Shown piece by piece: positions 39,725-54,366 of a stretch of DNA of 64,000 bases (positions within the stretch are counted from its first letter, which is position 1; the number at the start of each line of letters is the position of its first letter). The notes beneath the pieces were generated by a model, which saw only the letters and a program-made list of their open reading frames with translations, was not told the DNA's origin and searched no databases. The translations under genes were made by a program, and so were the position numbers. This stretch comes from the human T2T-CHM13v2.0 reference genome, Homo sapiens, in assembly GCF_009914755.1 (NCBI RefSeq), contig NC_060927.1; one strand, given 5' to 3'.

Positions 39725-40345
39725 TATAAAACTTTTATTTTCATATTACTCTTTGTTTCCCAAATCATCTACAGTTAACTGTCTAAAAGCTTTTATCAAA
39801 GGAAAACCCTTTCACTGAGCTAGTCCAAGCATTTAAATTAGTTAATCCACTATTTTTTAAAGTACTTGTGCTGCTTTTACTGTTATAATGTGTACTGTTA
39901 TGACTTCTAGATTATGTTAATATGGAAACTCTCCAAAGTCTAATACTCGCAAAGCACATCATTGTTCAACCCGCCACAACCCATGCATTTACTCATAGCA
40001 ATAAATTCAATCACATTACTTCAGTTATGGCAGATTTACATTCAATCGCTATCAGTCAGTACATTGACTATAAAATTTGGCTCAGAGTTTTTCATTACCT
40101 CTGTGGAACTTCTCTTTCATTCCTATCAGAATTGGCCTCCATTTATACGTGCCCTCAGTCCTTACTTACTAATAATAAATCTCAAATTCATCAACCCCCT
40201 TGTCAGGTATCTCATCCATGGGCAACAGAGCATTCACCTGTTACGCCCCAGAGCTGTGGAATTCCCTGATCTGAACACTCTTCTCCAAAACCCCTGAGCT
40301 TTATAAATCCCTTTTTGAGTCTCACTTATTAAAATTTGCTTTAAA
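39725..40345 (+). mobile_element. Ancient L2-clade LINE ORF2 C-terminal relic (AmnL2/X_LINE/UCON-type)
   Basis: Translates to VMTSRL/LDYVN..IVQPATTHAFTHSNKFNHITSVMADLHSIAISQYIDYKI..LSELASIY..GNRAFTCYAPELWNSL..YKSLFESHLL, colinear with vertebrate L2 RT tail motifs. Confidence 0.75.
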
Positions 40346-42160
40346 TATTTGATCTGCCACTGACACATGCTATACGCTTGGCTGTCATAAAAAAGAAGAA
40401 GAAACGTATTTTTATTTTCCTTACCATGTATGAGAAGAATTGAAATTTCTTCTTCTTTCTTCATATTTTATATTTTTCATCATTCTTTTCTTTCTCCTTT
40501 TCATTACCAGCAGAACAATCAAGCAAAATAGGTTTTGGTTACTAACTAGGGCTTAGAATTAAAGATTTCATATGCTACTAGGCTATAAGTAAACTGGCCG
40601 CAATATCATTAATTACTTTGCGGCCTTGAGATGGGTATAGATTTTTTTAAGGAGGCGACATGAAGTTAGAAGAAAAATAGCTAGTTCCTTATAGCCACCC
40701 TCCTCCATTGCCTAGCCCACATGGCAGATTTCTCTTTTATTTTTATTTTAATTAATAAATATTCTGGATTACCTCCATTCATCTGCCAGAAGAAAATAGA
40801 AAAATACCTTTAGTGGCACTAAAGTAGATATTATTTTTGTACTGCTATGGTGATAATGCTGCTATCTCAAGCATTGATAGTTTTAATCCAAAGTAGTCTA
40901 TTCTTCCCAGGATTTGCCAACATTAAAATAACCTTTTTCAAGTTTCCCTTGATACATAGCTTAGTGCTATGCACACAGTAGGTGTTTTGTAAATGTTTGT
41001 AGAAAATGAAATCAATTACTTCTGTCTCAGCTCTTTAATTTTATTTCTATTCCTCTTTTAAAAGGATCCAGTTTTCTCTCTGATTCTCTACTCATTAGAG
41101 TACAGTTTTTCTATCATCCTCATCTCTCTCCTACAGCTGCTGATCAGCCTATTGATTAGGAACCAAAAAGTCAGCCAACAGCCCAAAAAGGGCATTATAT
41201 TCCAGCACAATTTCCCTCTAAGTGCTTAATGTTCTTTAAACCCCTCATTCAATTAGATGGCACAAGCTATTATATACAAGTGCCCCACCACAGAAAATTA
41301 CAAGCTCATATCTGAGAGATACAGAGAAAGGAAGGCAAAGAGTAAGTTAATAGGACATTGTCTGTATGTTTGGTAAATCCTGTGGAGTTTGGGGCTCAAG
41401 GTTAATATCAGAGTGCCAGGCTATGGAATTTAAACAGCAGGTAGATTTCAATAGCACAGAATATGAGAGAGAACAGAGTACTGATAGATATATTATTCTG
41501 TTATTTGAAATGGCTACTGTGCAAAATTCAGCATTTCCTCTGAAACATTTTGAAGCAGGTGATTTAGGCCATGGAAAATAATGGCAAAGTTAAAACTTTT
41601 TTTAAGGTTAAGGTAACATAACTGAAGTAGGTGACCTGATTGAATTTCACTAAGTGGCAAAGTTTTGAGAGGTCTGTTGTATTTAAGGATAGTAAGAAGA
41701 AAGCATTATTTCTTTGTGGGAAGGACTATAAAATTAACATCATAAGACATAAAACTTAACATATGAAGATTATTAGCCATGACCATTGTAGGTAGGCACT
41801 GGATTTTACAGAAGAATGGAAATAATGGTGCTTCCACTAACTATTGCGTGTCTCTTTCAATAGAAAACCACATGGCCAGGGTAGTAGAATGAAAGCTGGT
41901 TTTAACCCTACTCACCTCCTCTCCCTGGTGCCTTTGTGCAATGCACAAATGTACAACTGTACCCGAACACCAGAAAAAGTTCTTATAAAAATATAAAAAC
42001 ACGAGCAGACTAGACAGTTTCATCATCTATTCTGGGTAAAGTTTGAAGTTTATAACTACGATACAACCTTTTCTTTATGTAACAATGGAAAATGCTTACA
42101 GCAAAATTAATAAATAACAGGCATAATGATACAAGCTTTGCCAAATCTCAATCTTTAAAC

Positions 42161-42822
42161 TGTCAACCTAAAATAATCAAAAGAGTTAGAATTTAGATTA
42201 AAAAGAGTAGATTCAAGCTCAAAGTTTGAGGATGGTCACCCTGGAAACACAAATGCCAAAGAATGGAGGTCAGTGTTCTGAAGTGCAGAAGTTTGGGATC
42301 ATTGACATAGATACAATTTAGAGAAGCCAAACAGAATTTCAACATCTTTATATATAAGGCTTAATGGATAGTTATAACAATCTGATTAATTGAGGTGGTC
42401 TTTTTTTTAAAAAAAAGAGGTTGAAACAGAATTTCAACATCTTTGTATATAAGGCTTAATGGATAGTTATAACAATCTGATTAATTGAGGTGGTCTTTTT
42501 TTTTAATAAATTAAAGGTATATTTAATATTCTACACCAAAGATGTAACAGCCACGGGGTTTTGAGTAACATCTGGTCTGAGTCAGATACAGGACAGTAAA
42601 GTACACAGTTAATCTATAACAAAGATCAGTGATTGAAAAGCAGGCAGGTCTGGTCTCTGGTTTCTCCTAGTCATTTACAGAAAAAGAACAACGGGGAGTA
42701 AAATTAATGTATAATCTAAGAAACAGAGGTTGGAGACATGCTATGTGACTCAGTCTCTAGGGCTTAACTTCCCCGTTGGCACAATAAATTTAGAGGGTCC
42801 TGAAATTTTATTTTCTTTCACA
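42161..42822 (-). mobile_element. MER4-group ERV1 solo LTR (subfamily uncertain)
   Basis: TG..CA termini (tgtcaacctaaa..attttctttcaca); 4-bp TSD aaac/aagc. Confidence 0.75.
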
Positions 42823-42849
42823 AAGCTAACTTTATGGAGAAGGTAAATT

Positions 42850-42955
42850 TATTTTATCCATTTCACAAAAAGAAAATTTAAAATGAGAGAGTAAGCAGTT
42901 TGGCTGATGTCACATACAGTTAGTAAGTGTCAGAGACAGGATTGGAATCCATAAA
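42850..42955 (-). mobile_element. MIR relic
   Basis: gtcacatacagttagtaagtgtcagagacaggattggaatcc. Confidence 0.65.
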
Positions 42956-43685
42956 ACATGATTATACAATGCTTAACCATGATATAAACTACTAACCTAA
43001 AGCAGATTATAGTGTTTATTTGTTTCTTTATTAAATAATAATTTATTCTGTAAAAAATTAAGAATAAATAAACCCAAAAAAGAGGACTAAAATCACCCAT
43101 AATCTCATTACATAGAAAACTACCATAAATATTTTAGAGATATTTTCAGGTTTTTTTTCTATCGGATAATTTCTGTTAGATAATTTATATGTTGTTTGCA
43201 ACCAATCTTTATTACTTAACATTTTCCACTTAAATTTAACACTTCTATAATTTAATTCAAGATACTCTGGTTTCTCTTCAGATCATATAAATTTTTCGCC
43301 TTTTACTAATTTAATTCAAGTACATGCATATATGCACTTTTTATGCATAACATCTTACCCAATAAATCTCATATTTTTAATAATGTTTCCAGTTTTTGTC
43401 TTTGCTGTCAATAAAACAATCCTACAAACATCCTTATCACTAAATATTTAGAATCATGCTTATTTCCTTACTATTTTGAATACTTCTTACAACTTGCTGA
43501 GTTGACCTCTTAAAAGTTATACCAATTTACAATCACGAACTATATGTAACAATACCTGTCTATCTCCACACTAACCAACTGAGGATATTTTCATTTTAAA
43601 ACAACAAATAGCTTTCCAATTGATGAGACAAAGGTGGTATTTCAATACTATTTTAATTTTATTTCTTTAATAATACGTAATTTAG

Positions 43686-44045
<360 letters not shown>

Positions 44046-45204
44046 TAGAATATTTTTTAATGTTCATTGATCTTTTATATTTTGGAGAGTAGATTGCCAA
44101 CATTTTGCCTATTATTAGGATATTGTCCTTTCCATTAACTTGAAATATCTCTTCGTCTTCAAGAATATCACTGTTTACCACATGTATTACAGCTGTCTTT
44201 CCCATTTCATGATTTGTACTTAATTTTGGTTGGGATGGTTTTGCCATGGTAAATTTTAGTATTTTACACTTAAATCTCACAATCCTCTTTTTTTTATGAT
44301 TTGTAGAGTATTGCTTTTTGTGGTTGGAAGGCATTACTACAGAAAGATCAGATAAACTTATCCTTTTTCTAAGTTTTTTTTATGTTTAAAATATTAACAC
44401 ATGGAAATTATGTTACATGGTATGAAGTAGATATTTAATTCTCACCTTAAATCATGAATCACTTGATCCAAAATTGTTCACTGAATTACCTAACGTTTGT
44501 TTACTAATTGGAGGTGCCACTTCTATCAATTACATAATTGTTATATATCTGGGGGTCTGATTCTGACCTTTCTGGCCTTTTCCTTTGATCAGCTGCATAG
44601 ATTATTTTACCAACTACTAAAAAAGCCACCCCATATTGATGCTGTTTCTTAAAGCTTTCTTGGTCCTCTGGCTTCTTATTTTGAATGAATTATAAATCAG
44701 AAATTCTTGATCAGAATGTGTAAAAGGATGAAAAATATTAAAAGAATACGGAACCCATCAATGTCCAACCCAATGAATTCAAAAGGAATGACCTCAATAT
44801 TGAGGTTTTTAAAGGGTTAGATGAAAATAAAAGAAATGAAAATAGATAAGGTAGCCTGATCTGTTAGCTGGATGATCATATTGTAAGTGTTTTTATTTTA
44901 AACATACAGAGTAATCACATATGTAAAAATTATCCCAAGGAGATGTTTTGGAATTATCTCTGAAGGTCTGTATGAAATACATGAAATATTTAGCTTAAGC
45001 CACTGTGCTACTGCCACTACTATTAATAATAACAAGTAGACTATGGGCAGCATTAAATAAAAGAAACTGGATAAATGTAATTAGGCTCACCTTGTGAAAG
45101 TTAATGCACTATGTAACTCAAAGTCTTGAGCCTTTATTAAAGGTGTAATATTTTTATTGAAATCAAGGGGACAATGTAAAGATTCACTTAAAATGTATCT
45201 TTTA

Positions 45205-45522
<318 letters not shown>

Positions 45523-46369
45523 CTATATTTTATTACATCCTGTCTTTTTTGTGGTTGTTTTGTTTTCTGTTTTAACGTAAAACTTTATCAGAAGCAGCTA
45601 GCTACCTATTCAAGTAACTGATTCACTTAAAATACGTCTTCTATTACTTCTCTCTTTGTATTTTTGTTGCTGTTGTTGTTTCGTTTTTTGTTTTAACATA
45701 AAACTATATCAGAAGCAGCTCGCTACCTATGCAAGTACCTGAGTGGATAGGGCCAGGCTACAAACTGCTCCTCCAGAGATTCACTTTGTTTACCAGAGAA
45801 CACACATATACACTTTGGGTCTCCCAGAAAATGCAGCTCCCTAGTAAATGTCATTTGTTAGAAATGATGTATTTCTCTTATTACCTATTTCAGTAGTCAG
45901 AAAAATGTTAGAAAATTTTACCAAGGCTACACACCACACTGTCAGAGTTGTTCCAGGAAAAAGACAAGCAAAGGGAATGCTCATCTTTCAAGGGTACTCC
46001 TATTTTGTCACTACTTGAGAAATATAACACCTACTGTCCCCGAAGTTTTTCCCACCTGCTAAGGTTGTGAGACACACAGACTGGTCAGCCAGCTTAAATT
46101 TCACAGACCAAGTATGAAGTAAATAAGCCATTCTATTTAGCTTTGAAAAAAAAAATCTATTGGAAGTGACAGAATGGCTGATGAATAGAGAGTATTTTGA
46201 AGTGTGCAGCAGAAATTGGCCTTGGTAAAGAACTTTTTTTTAAAGGACATTCTTCCTTTTTGTTGTTAGAATGGATAAAATTGGGCAATTTTCCTATAAC
46301 CACTTGATTCTTTTCCTCTGTTATCAAGATGGAGTTTCCCAAGAAGGGAATCACACTTGTGATTCATAG

Positions 46370-46907
<538 letters not shown>

Positions 46908-46959
46908 TTCACAAAGCTGCCCGATGCTATTATATTTCTTCAAGAGTAGAATGATGATA

Positions 46960-47175
46960 ACCAAAATTAGCCACAATTTAAAAAATTATGTAATGTTACT
47001 ATTTTCCAGGCCTTTTTCTAAGAACTTTTTACATATTAACATTTAATTTCCATAAAACTGTAAGATAAGTAGTATTATTATCCCCATTTTTCAGACAACA
47101 AAACTAAAAAAATATTAGGCAACTTGGCCAAAGGCCCAAAGAAAATTAAAAGTACAAATGATACAGAAATTCTCC
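46960..47175 (-). mobile_element. MIRb relic
   Basis: gtagtattattatccccattttt cagac..aaact..caacttggccaaagg. Confidence 0.7.
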
Positions 47176-47349
47176 CCCTTACTAGAATATACAATACCAC
47201 TCCTCTAGAGTTGGGTACTATTCCACTATAAAGAAATAGTCTTCTATATATTATTTGCATGAGATCAAAGGTAACAAAGAGTTCTAAACTTTCTCTCTCA
47301 ATTCCTCTAACAGTGCCTTACGAAGAGCACATATTATGGGTTCACTTAC

Positions 47350-47620
47350 AGAAAATATCCAAAAAAAAAAAAAGCAAATATGGGGAGACAGAAATATACT
47401 GACACAGAAAGTAGATGAGATGTTGTCCAAGCTTGGGGATGGGCACGGCGAGTGACTAAAAAGACACAAGATTCATTTCTAAGGTGATTAAATGGTTCTA
47501 AATTAGATTGCAATGATGAATGCACAACTCTGTAAATATAAATATACTAAAAATTATTCAAATGTACACTTAAAACAGGCACATTTTGTAGTATATAAGC
47601 TATATTTCAATAGAATTTTT
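47350..47620 (+). mobile_element. L1MB-type 3' UTR end
   Basis: acagaaagtagat..gttctaaattagattg..tgcacaactctgtaaatata..tgtacacttaaaa..tatatttcaata. Confidence 0.8.
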
Positions 47621-48884
47621 TTTCAAACAAACAAAAAAAAACTAGCACATTTCATTTCAACCACTCTGCAAGAGAAAGTAGCACAGTGGTTCTTTCCCAG
47701 TCAGGAGGGTGATATTCTTGAAAAATCTCATCATAGGTAAAACAATTTTAAACCTGATTGAGGAGAGCTTGGGAAAGGAACTATGACTGTTGTACAAGGA
47801 CACACTATTATTATTTTATTTGTTCTAAATTAGTAAACAATTGGGAAATTATCATAAAGAAAATGTGGGGGGGTGTGTGTTTAAGAGAATATCAATGCCA
47901 TATTATACAGCGTGTTTTAATACATAGTAATTGTGGATACTTTACCAATATTCTGTATTTACCACTTCCTATTCCCTAGAAATATTCTTCTCTCACTTTC
48001 TACATGAAATTTATAAATATATTTTGTGTTGCTTTAGACAATATGCACAACAGAAGTCATCCTTTGTGTGTGTGGTCGTTTTTCTAAATGTTCTAGCTCA
48101 AATGGCCAGTTAGTGATCTGTAGTTGTAAAAGTCTGGATTCTTGAACAAAATTGCTGTAACATTGAAGGGATTGCCACACGGCCAGTACAATGATTTAAA
48201 AGGTAATAAATATATCAATCCCTTTTGAAAATGTTTCTTTATATTATATTATAACATTCAAATGTCCCCTTTTAACATTTTTGCCCATGATAGAATTGCA
48301 GTTTCAAGTATGTCAAATGTCCTGATTCTTTTTTTTTTCAGACGATTAATTACCTTGCTTCTATGATTTATTTCAGGTGTTCACTACTTCTCTCATTATA
48401 GGTAATTTACCTTTTAGAAAACCTAAATCACAGTTAATTCTTCTAGAAAGATATTTATTTTACTCTCTATGTATGGCTAATACTTTACTGGAGAGAGAAA
48501 TTTGAGGCAACTTGCCTCCCCACAAAATTTAATATTATACAGTTTTTTCTGTATATTTTGTGAACTCTTCTTTCTCATTGGGATATTCCTTAATGATTCT
48601 CTTACCTTATTAGGTTCACACTTAAAACATCCAGGTAGATGAGAAAATATGTAATTTTGATGTTATTAGGATTTTTGCTACCTGCTTCAGTAAATCATTC
48701 TACATTTAAAAATCTGTATGCTTATCTTACAACTAAATTAGTTTTGTCTAAAGGAATTCCAAAGACAAAGGGATTTTAAAAGACTGAAGGACTGGAGGTA
48801 GAGAATATAGCAAATATTCAGCACAAATCATCGATGTCTACATAGACATAGGAGCAAGAAACTAGAACTCCATCTTAAGGGAAC

Positions 48885-49440
48885 AAGCATAGTGTAGGGT
48901 TTAGGAGCACTGGCTTGGATCTAGAATATCCCCAATTTGCTTCTTGCTTCTGCTACAATTAGTTTTGTTGTCTTGCACAAATTAATTATTCTTTCTGTGC
49001 TTCAGTTTCCTCACCTAAAAAATGGACCTAAAAAGAGTACCTATGGCCGGGCACGGTGGCTCACGCCTGTAATCCCAGCACTTTGGGAGGCCGAGGCAGG
49101 CAGATCACCTGAGGTCAGGAGTATGAGGCCAGCCTGGCCAACATGGTGAAACCCTGTCCCTACAAAAAATTAGTTTGGCATGGTGGTGTGCACCTGTAGT
49201 CCCAGCTACTCAGGAGGCTGAGACAGGAGAATCGCTTGAACCCAAGAGGCGGAGGTCATGCCATTGAGATCACGCCACTGCACTCCAGCCTGGGTGACAG
49301 AGCCAAATTCTGTCTCAAAAAAAAAAAAAAAAGAGGGCCTATGCCATATTTGTGAGCATTAAATGTAAACATTAATTTGTGAACATGTATTTACATGTAA
49401 AGCAATTAAAATACTTTCTGATATAAATGTTAGCTGTTTT
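48885..49440 (+). mobile_element. MIR interrupted by an Alu
   Basis: agcatagtg..ttaggagcac..tctgtgcttcagtttcctcacctaaaaaatgg, then after the Alu ttgtgagcattaaatg..aaatgttagctg. Confidence 0.75.
49045..49332 (+). mobile_element. AluSx-like SINE
   Basis: Full Alu with shortened linker; TSD aaaaagagtacctat/aaaaagagggcctat. Confidence 0.95.
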
Positions 49441-51867
49441 TGTCTTGTAGGTCTGTGATTCTCAATCTGGGAAGAGGGAAATATGTCTGAGTCACTTGGC
49501 AAGGTTTGCACACATTCCAATTAGCCTTTCCCTCTCACAAATACTGTATTATGTGATGGGAATCTCAAAGATTTCTGTCAGGGAAGAGACATATTTGCCT
49601 TTTACAAAAATATCACTCTGAGGGCACTATGGAGGGGGAGAAAAGAAACAAATTAGGAACTTATTGAAGAAATTCAGACAATGCTCTGAAAGAAAGCTAT
49701 AGTCACAGGAATAGAAAAAGGTAAGATGGACACGAATATGTTCATGAAAGCAAAAAGGAGTGTCTAGTCACCAGGTAAGTATAGGACAACACTTATGATT
49801 CTGCCACAGGAACCAGAACGGATGGAGCTACCATTGGCCATGAGGGAATTAAAGATGGAAAAGAATATGTAGCACCTGTCTTTTTCATAACTAGTGAACT
49901 AGTGAAAATATACTCAGAAGTACACCTATTAGGAATAGCTGCAACACAGACTGAGCAAAAAGGGATATTCCTTCTGCCACTTTTAGGGGAATATGCATCT
50001 CTTCTTTACAGCACCCAAAATCTACCAGTTACTCTTCTCCAAAATCATATAGAGCACAGAGGCTTCTGTCCCATGCCTCTCATTAATGTCAAAACTCTAT
50101 CATCAGTAATTCCACTAGCAACAGACTCCGAACAACACTGACATAAAGAGTATTTTAGTAATTCAGCCACTCAGTAATGACGCTCTGAGTTAATATGCTC
50201 AGCTGATGTTTAGAACTGAAATTCAAGAGCCAGCACAGGATGGAGAGTGACACTGGAAACGTGAGCAAAGCCTGCATGCCCAGACCCACTTTGCCTATGA
50301 CAGCAGGCTGAGATGGAGAAGTTATCTCTTGCAAACAATCCAAATGATCAGTCCTCTTCTAGTGGAAGGATGGTCTTTGTGGGATGAGTGAGGAATCACA
50401 CAAGTAAGACCATCAAAGATGTGAGGGAAATATTCATTCCAGGATGTGAGATTGGGAAAAGGAATGAAGAAATAATATATTTCCACAGGTCATGTGTCAT
50501 CCCACAGTGCACAGGATCAATTCGTACAGCAGGGTAGCAAGAGCTGAAATTTCAAGGAAATCCAGGAGGCACTGGTACCTAGAAATTGTACATGATTCTT
50601 GGAGAAAATTGATGTAATGTGGCACATCAATGGAAGGGCCAACAAGGTTTTTATTTTAATGATAGAACTGAATTCTGAAATTAAGCACAGCAGGTAGAAA
50701 ATGGATCTAGCACAGATGTCAAAAGCTATCATTGGTTTTGAGATAAAACACTTTTTTTTTCTTTTCCTTAAGCCCAAGCCAGTGGACTATGTAGGTCAAT
50801 GATGTCCAGCAGGAAAAAACAAACATCCTAAGTGCTAGTGTCTTTCTGAGGAAGTTTTGAAATGCTGCTGACATTCAAAGACCTTTTTTTTTTTTTTTAG
50901 CAGATCTTTCATTATTAAATAGAAAAAAAAAAAAGCAGCCATATTTTCCAGGAATCACATTTCACTGCATAACAGGCAAAAATGTAAAAAATAAGTAGTT
51001 GAAATCAGCACCAGTTAAAACAAAACAAATAAATAGAGTCCAGAATTCTAGCGGGTGTCTGACATCAAGCAAGACTTGGATGGCCAAGAATGTAGCCTTG
51101 GCTTTGTGCTCATTCTTGTCCCTCACACAATTTAAATAATCTTCCTTTTGATATGTAGATTGTGTCTCCAGAAATAGCTTTTTTCTCTCCCATTTTCCAG
51201 CTCCCTACAAGAGAGAAGTGGCACAGCAATTTTGTAAATGATTTTTTAACTGATTTCTTATTGAATTCTTTCCTTATCTTAGTCACTGCAATCTTGTATT
51301 GAACGGAAAATGGCAAATTCTTCTGTCATTTATCATTGTTTCGAAGAGAAAACCAGAACAAAGTTGAACTTCTCTTTTTTAATCAGAATGATATTTAGTC
51401 ACAGAAAATCCAGGCATGCTTTCCCTTTCTGTTTAGGGGAGAAAAAACTACTATAATTGATTTTTGGCTACCAGAAAAAGTATTTACCTATGTGGTATGA
51501 TTCAAATACCACCAGCAAGGCTTTATCCCCAAAAAACATCTAAATCTCCAGTAAAACACTGAGTCATTTCGCAATTAGATATTGTGTATTTTAAGTCTTT
51601 GAAGGGACTCTTAATCAGTTAAGTAAATTTGATAATATAAATAACCTAGGGAAAGGCAATATATTAAGTCAAATTCTAAAATACTTTTTGTATAAGTCAC
51701 TGAAATTACTCCTTAAATTTTACATAGAAACTCAACACATAAATACAGTTGAACAAATGGGATTAGAACTTTGTCTGTATTTCTTTCTTTTGTGTTTCAA
51801 CCCAAATCCATGTGGCCTCTGAGGCATTTCTATGAAGTGTCAATGATCACTAGGAGAAAGTTTGGAA

Positions 51868-51937
51868 ACCATTAAGATAGAGAGTAAACAGGAACAAGGT
51901 CACCATTAAGATAGAGAGTAAATAGGAACAAGTTCAC
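51868..51937. repeat. 34-bp tandem duplication (2 copies)
   Basis: ACCATTAAGATAGAGAGTAAA(C/T)AGGAACAAG(G/T)TC twice. Confidence 0.95.
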
Positions 51938-51989
51938 ACTATAAGGAGGTTGGTTTCTTTTTGTAATTATGTCTGCATGTGAGTCTATC

Positions 51990-52095
51990 ATTAAACAATC
52001 ATTCAACATTGTTATATTCCAGATATTATGCCAAGAAATGGGCATACAATGATAAAAGACAGGTTTGCAGTTCTTAGAAACTGAAAGTTTCCTGA
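51990..52095 (-). mobile_element. L2 relic
   Basis: tattccagatattatgccaag..gggcatacaatgataaaagacagg. Confidence 0.45.
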
Positions 52096-52249
52096 AGTAG
52101 CAAGACAAAAAAAAAAAGGTGGGGGGCAGTAACTACAAATATGTGTTAAGAAATAAGTCACATAGATTTCCATTTCCATCAATATTGAGTTACAGGGATC
52201 AGATTTACCCTAACATGAAAAAAGTCCGCAACACAAAAAAAATAGATAA

Positions 52250-52704
52250 TGCTAAATGAATTCACGGGAGGCCATTATTTTGGACTAAGCCCTAGCCGAC
52301 CGGAACTAACCAGAATGGAGTCACTCATGCTGATAGCCACATAACCGAAATGAGCTCTGAAACTTGCCAATTTTCCAAAACAACAACAAAAAATAAAAAC
52401 AAAAACAAAACCAGGAGATTCACAGCAGCCACCTAGAAGAGGCCCAGTTTTCCTGAGCTGGCATGATAGGAAAATTTTCTGTTTTAACCTTCATAAGGAA
52501 AGTCACTTTGAAATGACCAATCCTTTTATCATTCCTCATTTCTGTTGTCTTCAGCTTTTTTCTACCTATATAGCCAAGCTCCTCTGTTCAGCTCATCAAA
52601 ATACTCATTTTAACATACAGAATGAGATATTTCCTAATTCTGGAAAGCAAATAAGAGCAAATTAGATCTTCAAACTAAATTTGTTGTATTTTTGCCCTTT
52701 GACA
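52250..52704 (+). mobile_element. ERV1 solo LTR (LTR37-like; name uncertain)
   Basis: tgctaaatga..ggaggccatt.ttttggact..aatggagtcactcatgct..ctaaatttgttgt..tttgaca; 4-bp TSD ataa/acaa. Confidence 0.75.
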
Positions 52705-54042
52705 ACAAAATATATTAAAAATCATTTTTAGGACTTTGGATATTAGGCAATGAAGGAATAATCTCTGATAGAAACTCAACATATGAAGATGTTGAGATCA
52801 AGGAGGTGAGTCCCAGGATTGTCCCAGCCTACTGAGTGAATAAAACTTTCTGGCTGCAGTGCAGGGAGGAACAACCTCGGCGAGGTTTTGCAGGGGTAGT
52901 GGGAGGTGCACAGTGAGTTGAAGAGAGAATTTCGAGTAAGGAGACGTCAAGTTGGCTAGACTTGGCTGAGCGCTACACCAAGGAGCTGCACAGAAAAAGA
53001 GCTCAGAGGGTTGCCTTCTAGTTGTCAATGAGTATTGATGCATGTGAGGAAACTACTCAAGACCAGGGAAGAAATCATGTGGGAATATTAGAAGAAGGAA
53101 TATCCAGAACACAAACAAAGCCAGAAATAGTTCCTATTCCCACCATCTAGAGTAAAATATTCCATGACTCCTGAAGCATCAGGTTGAAATCTCAGACGGG
53201 TTTTGTTCCAGTGGCAGGGGAAATTAATTGAAAACTAAATACTCTGGTTCCAACTAACAAATATTAAGAGCAAGCACTTAAAAGATCAAACGATTCCACA
53301 AGTCACTTAACCACATTCCAGGATAAAGGTAAAAAATATTTGTAGAAAAAAAAATAGCACCCCAAAAGCATACAATTTACAACAGCTGACACTTTTTCAA
53401 AAATTTTTAGGCATTCAAACAATCGGTTAAATATAACTGATGATAAGAAAAATCAATCAATATACACTGATCTAGAAATGCTATACTATAGATAATAAAA
53501 TTATTAAACAAGTCCAATAATACGGTTTCAGTTATATTTTGTATGTAGAAGTTGCTGAAGGAAAGATTGACTGCATAAATTAGAGACATGGAAGCTATAA
53601 AAAATCTCAAATCAAATTTTTAGAAATGTCTGGGTAAACAAAATATGCTGGAGAGGATTAACACTAGATTATACATGGCAAAAGAGAAGATGAGTAAAAT
53701 GAAAAATATGTCAGTAGTTATTACCCCATGTGAAATACAGAAAGAAAAATGACAAAAAATTTACCTGAGCATCAGTGAGCTATGTGGCAACTTCAAGAAA
53801 CCTACTGTATACAGAATTGGAGTCAATGAGGAGGGAGAGAAAGTGAGGAGACCAACAATATATTTGGAAAAATCACAGCCAATTTTTACTAAAAACTATA
53901 CAACTACAGAAGCAGAAAATTCAATAAACTCCAAATTCAAAAAGCATAAAATAAAATAATTAAATTCTGAAAACCTGCAAGAAAGCACATCATAACCAGT
54001 TTCTTAACTAGTGATAAAGAGAAAGCCTAAAAGCAGCAAGAG

Positions 54043-54366
<324 letters not shown>

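Noticed and set aside
39922-40269. 115-aa ORF as a novel host protein-coding gene
   Set aside because: Homology switches frames at both ends and includes in-frame stops. It is better explained as a LINE relic (reported as a finding).
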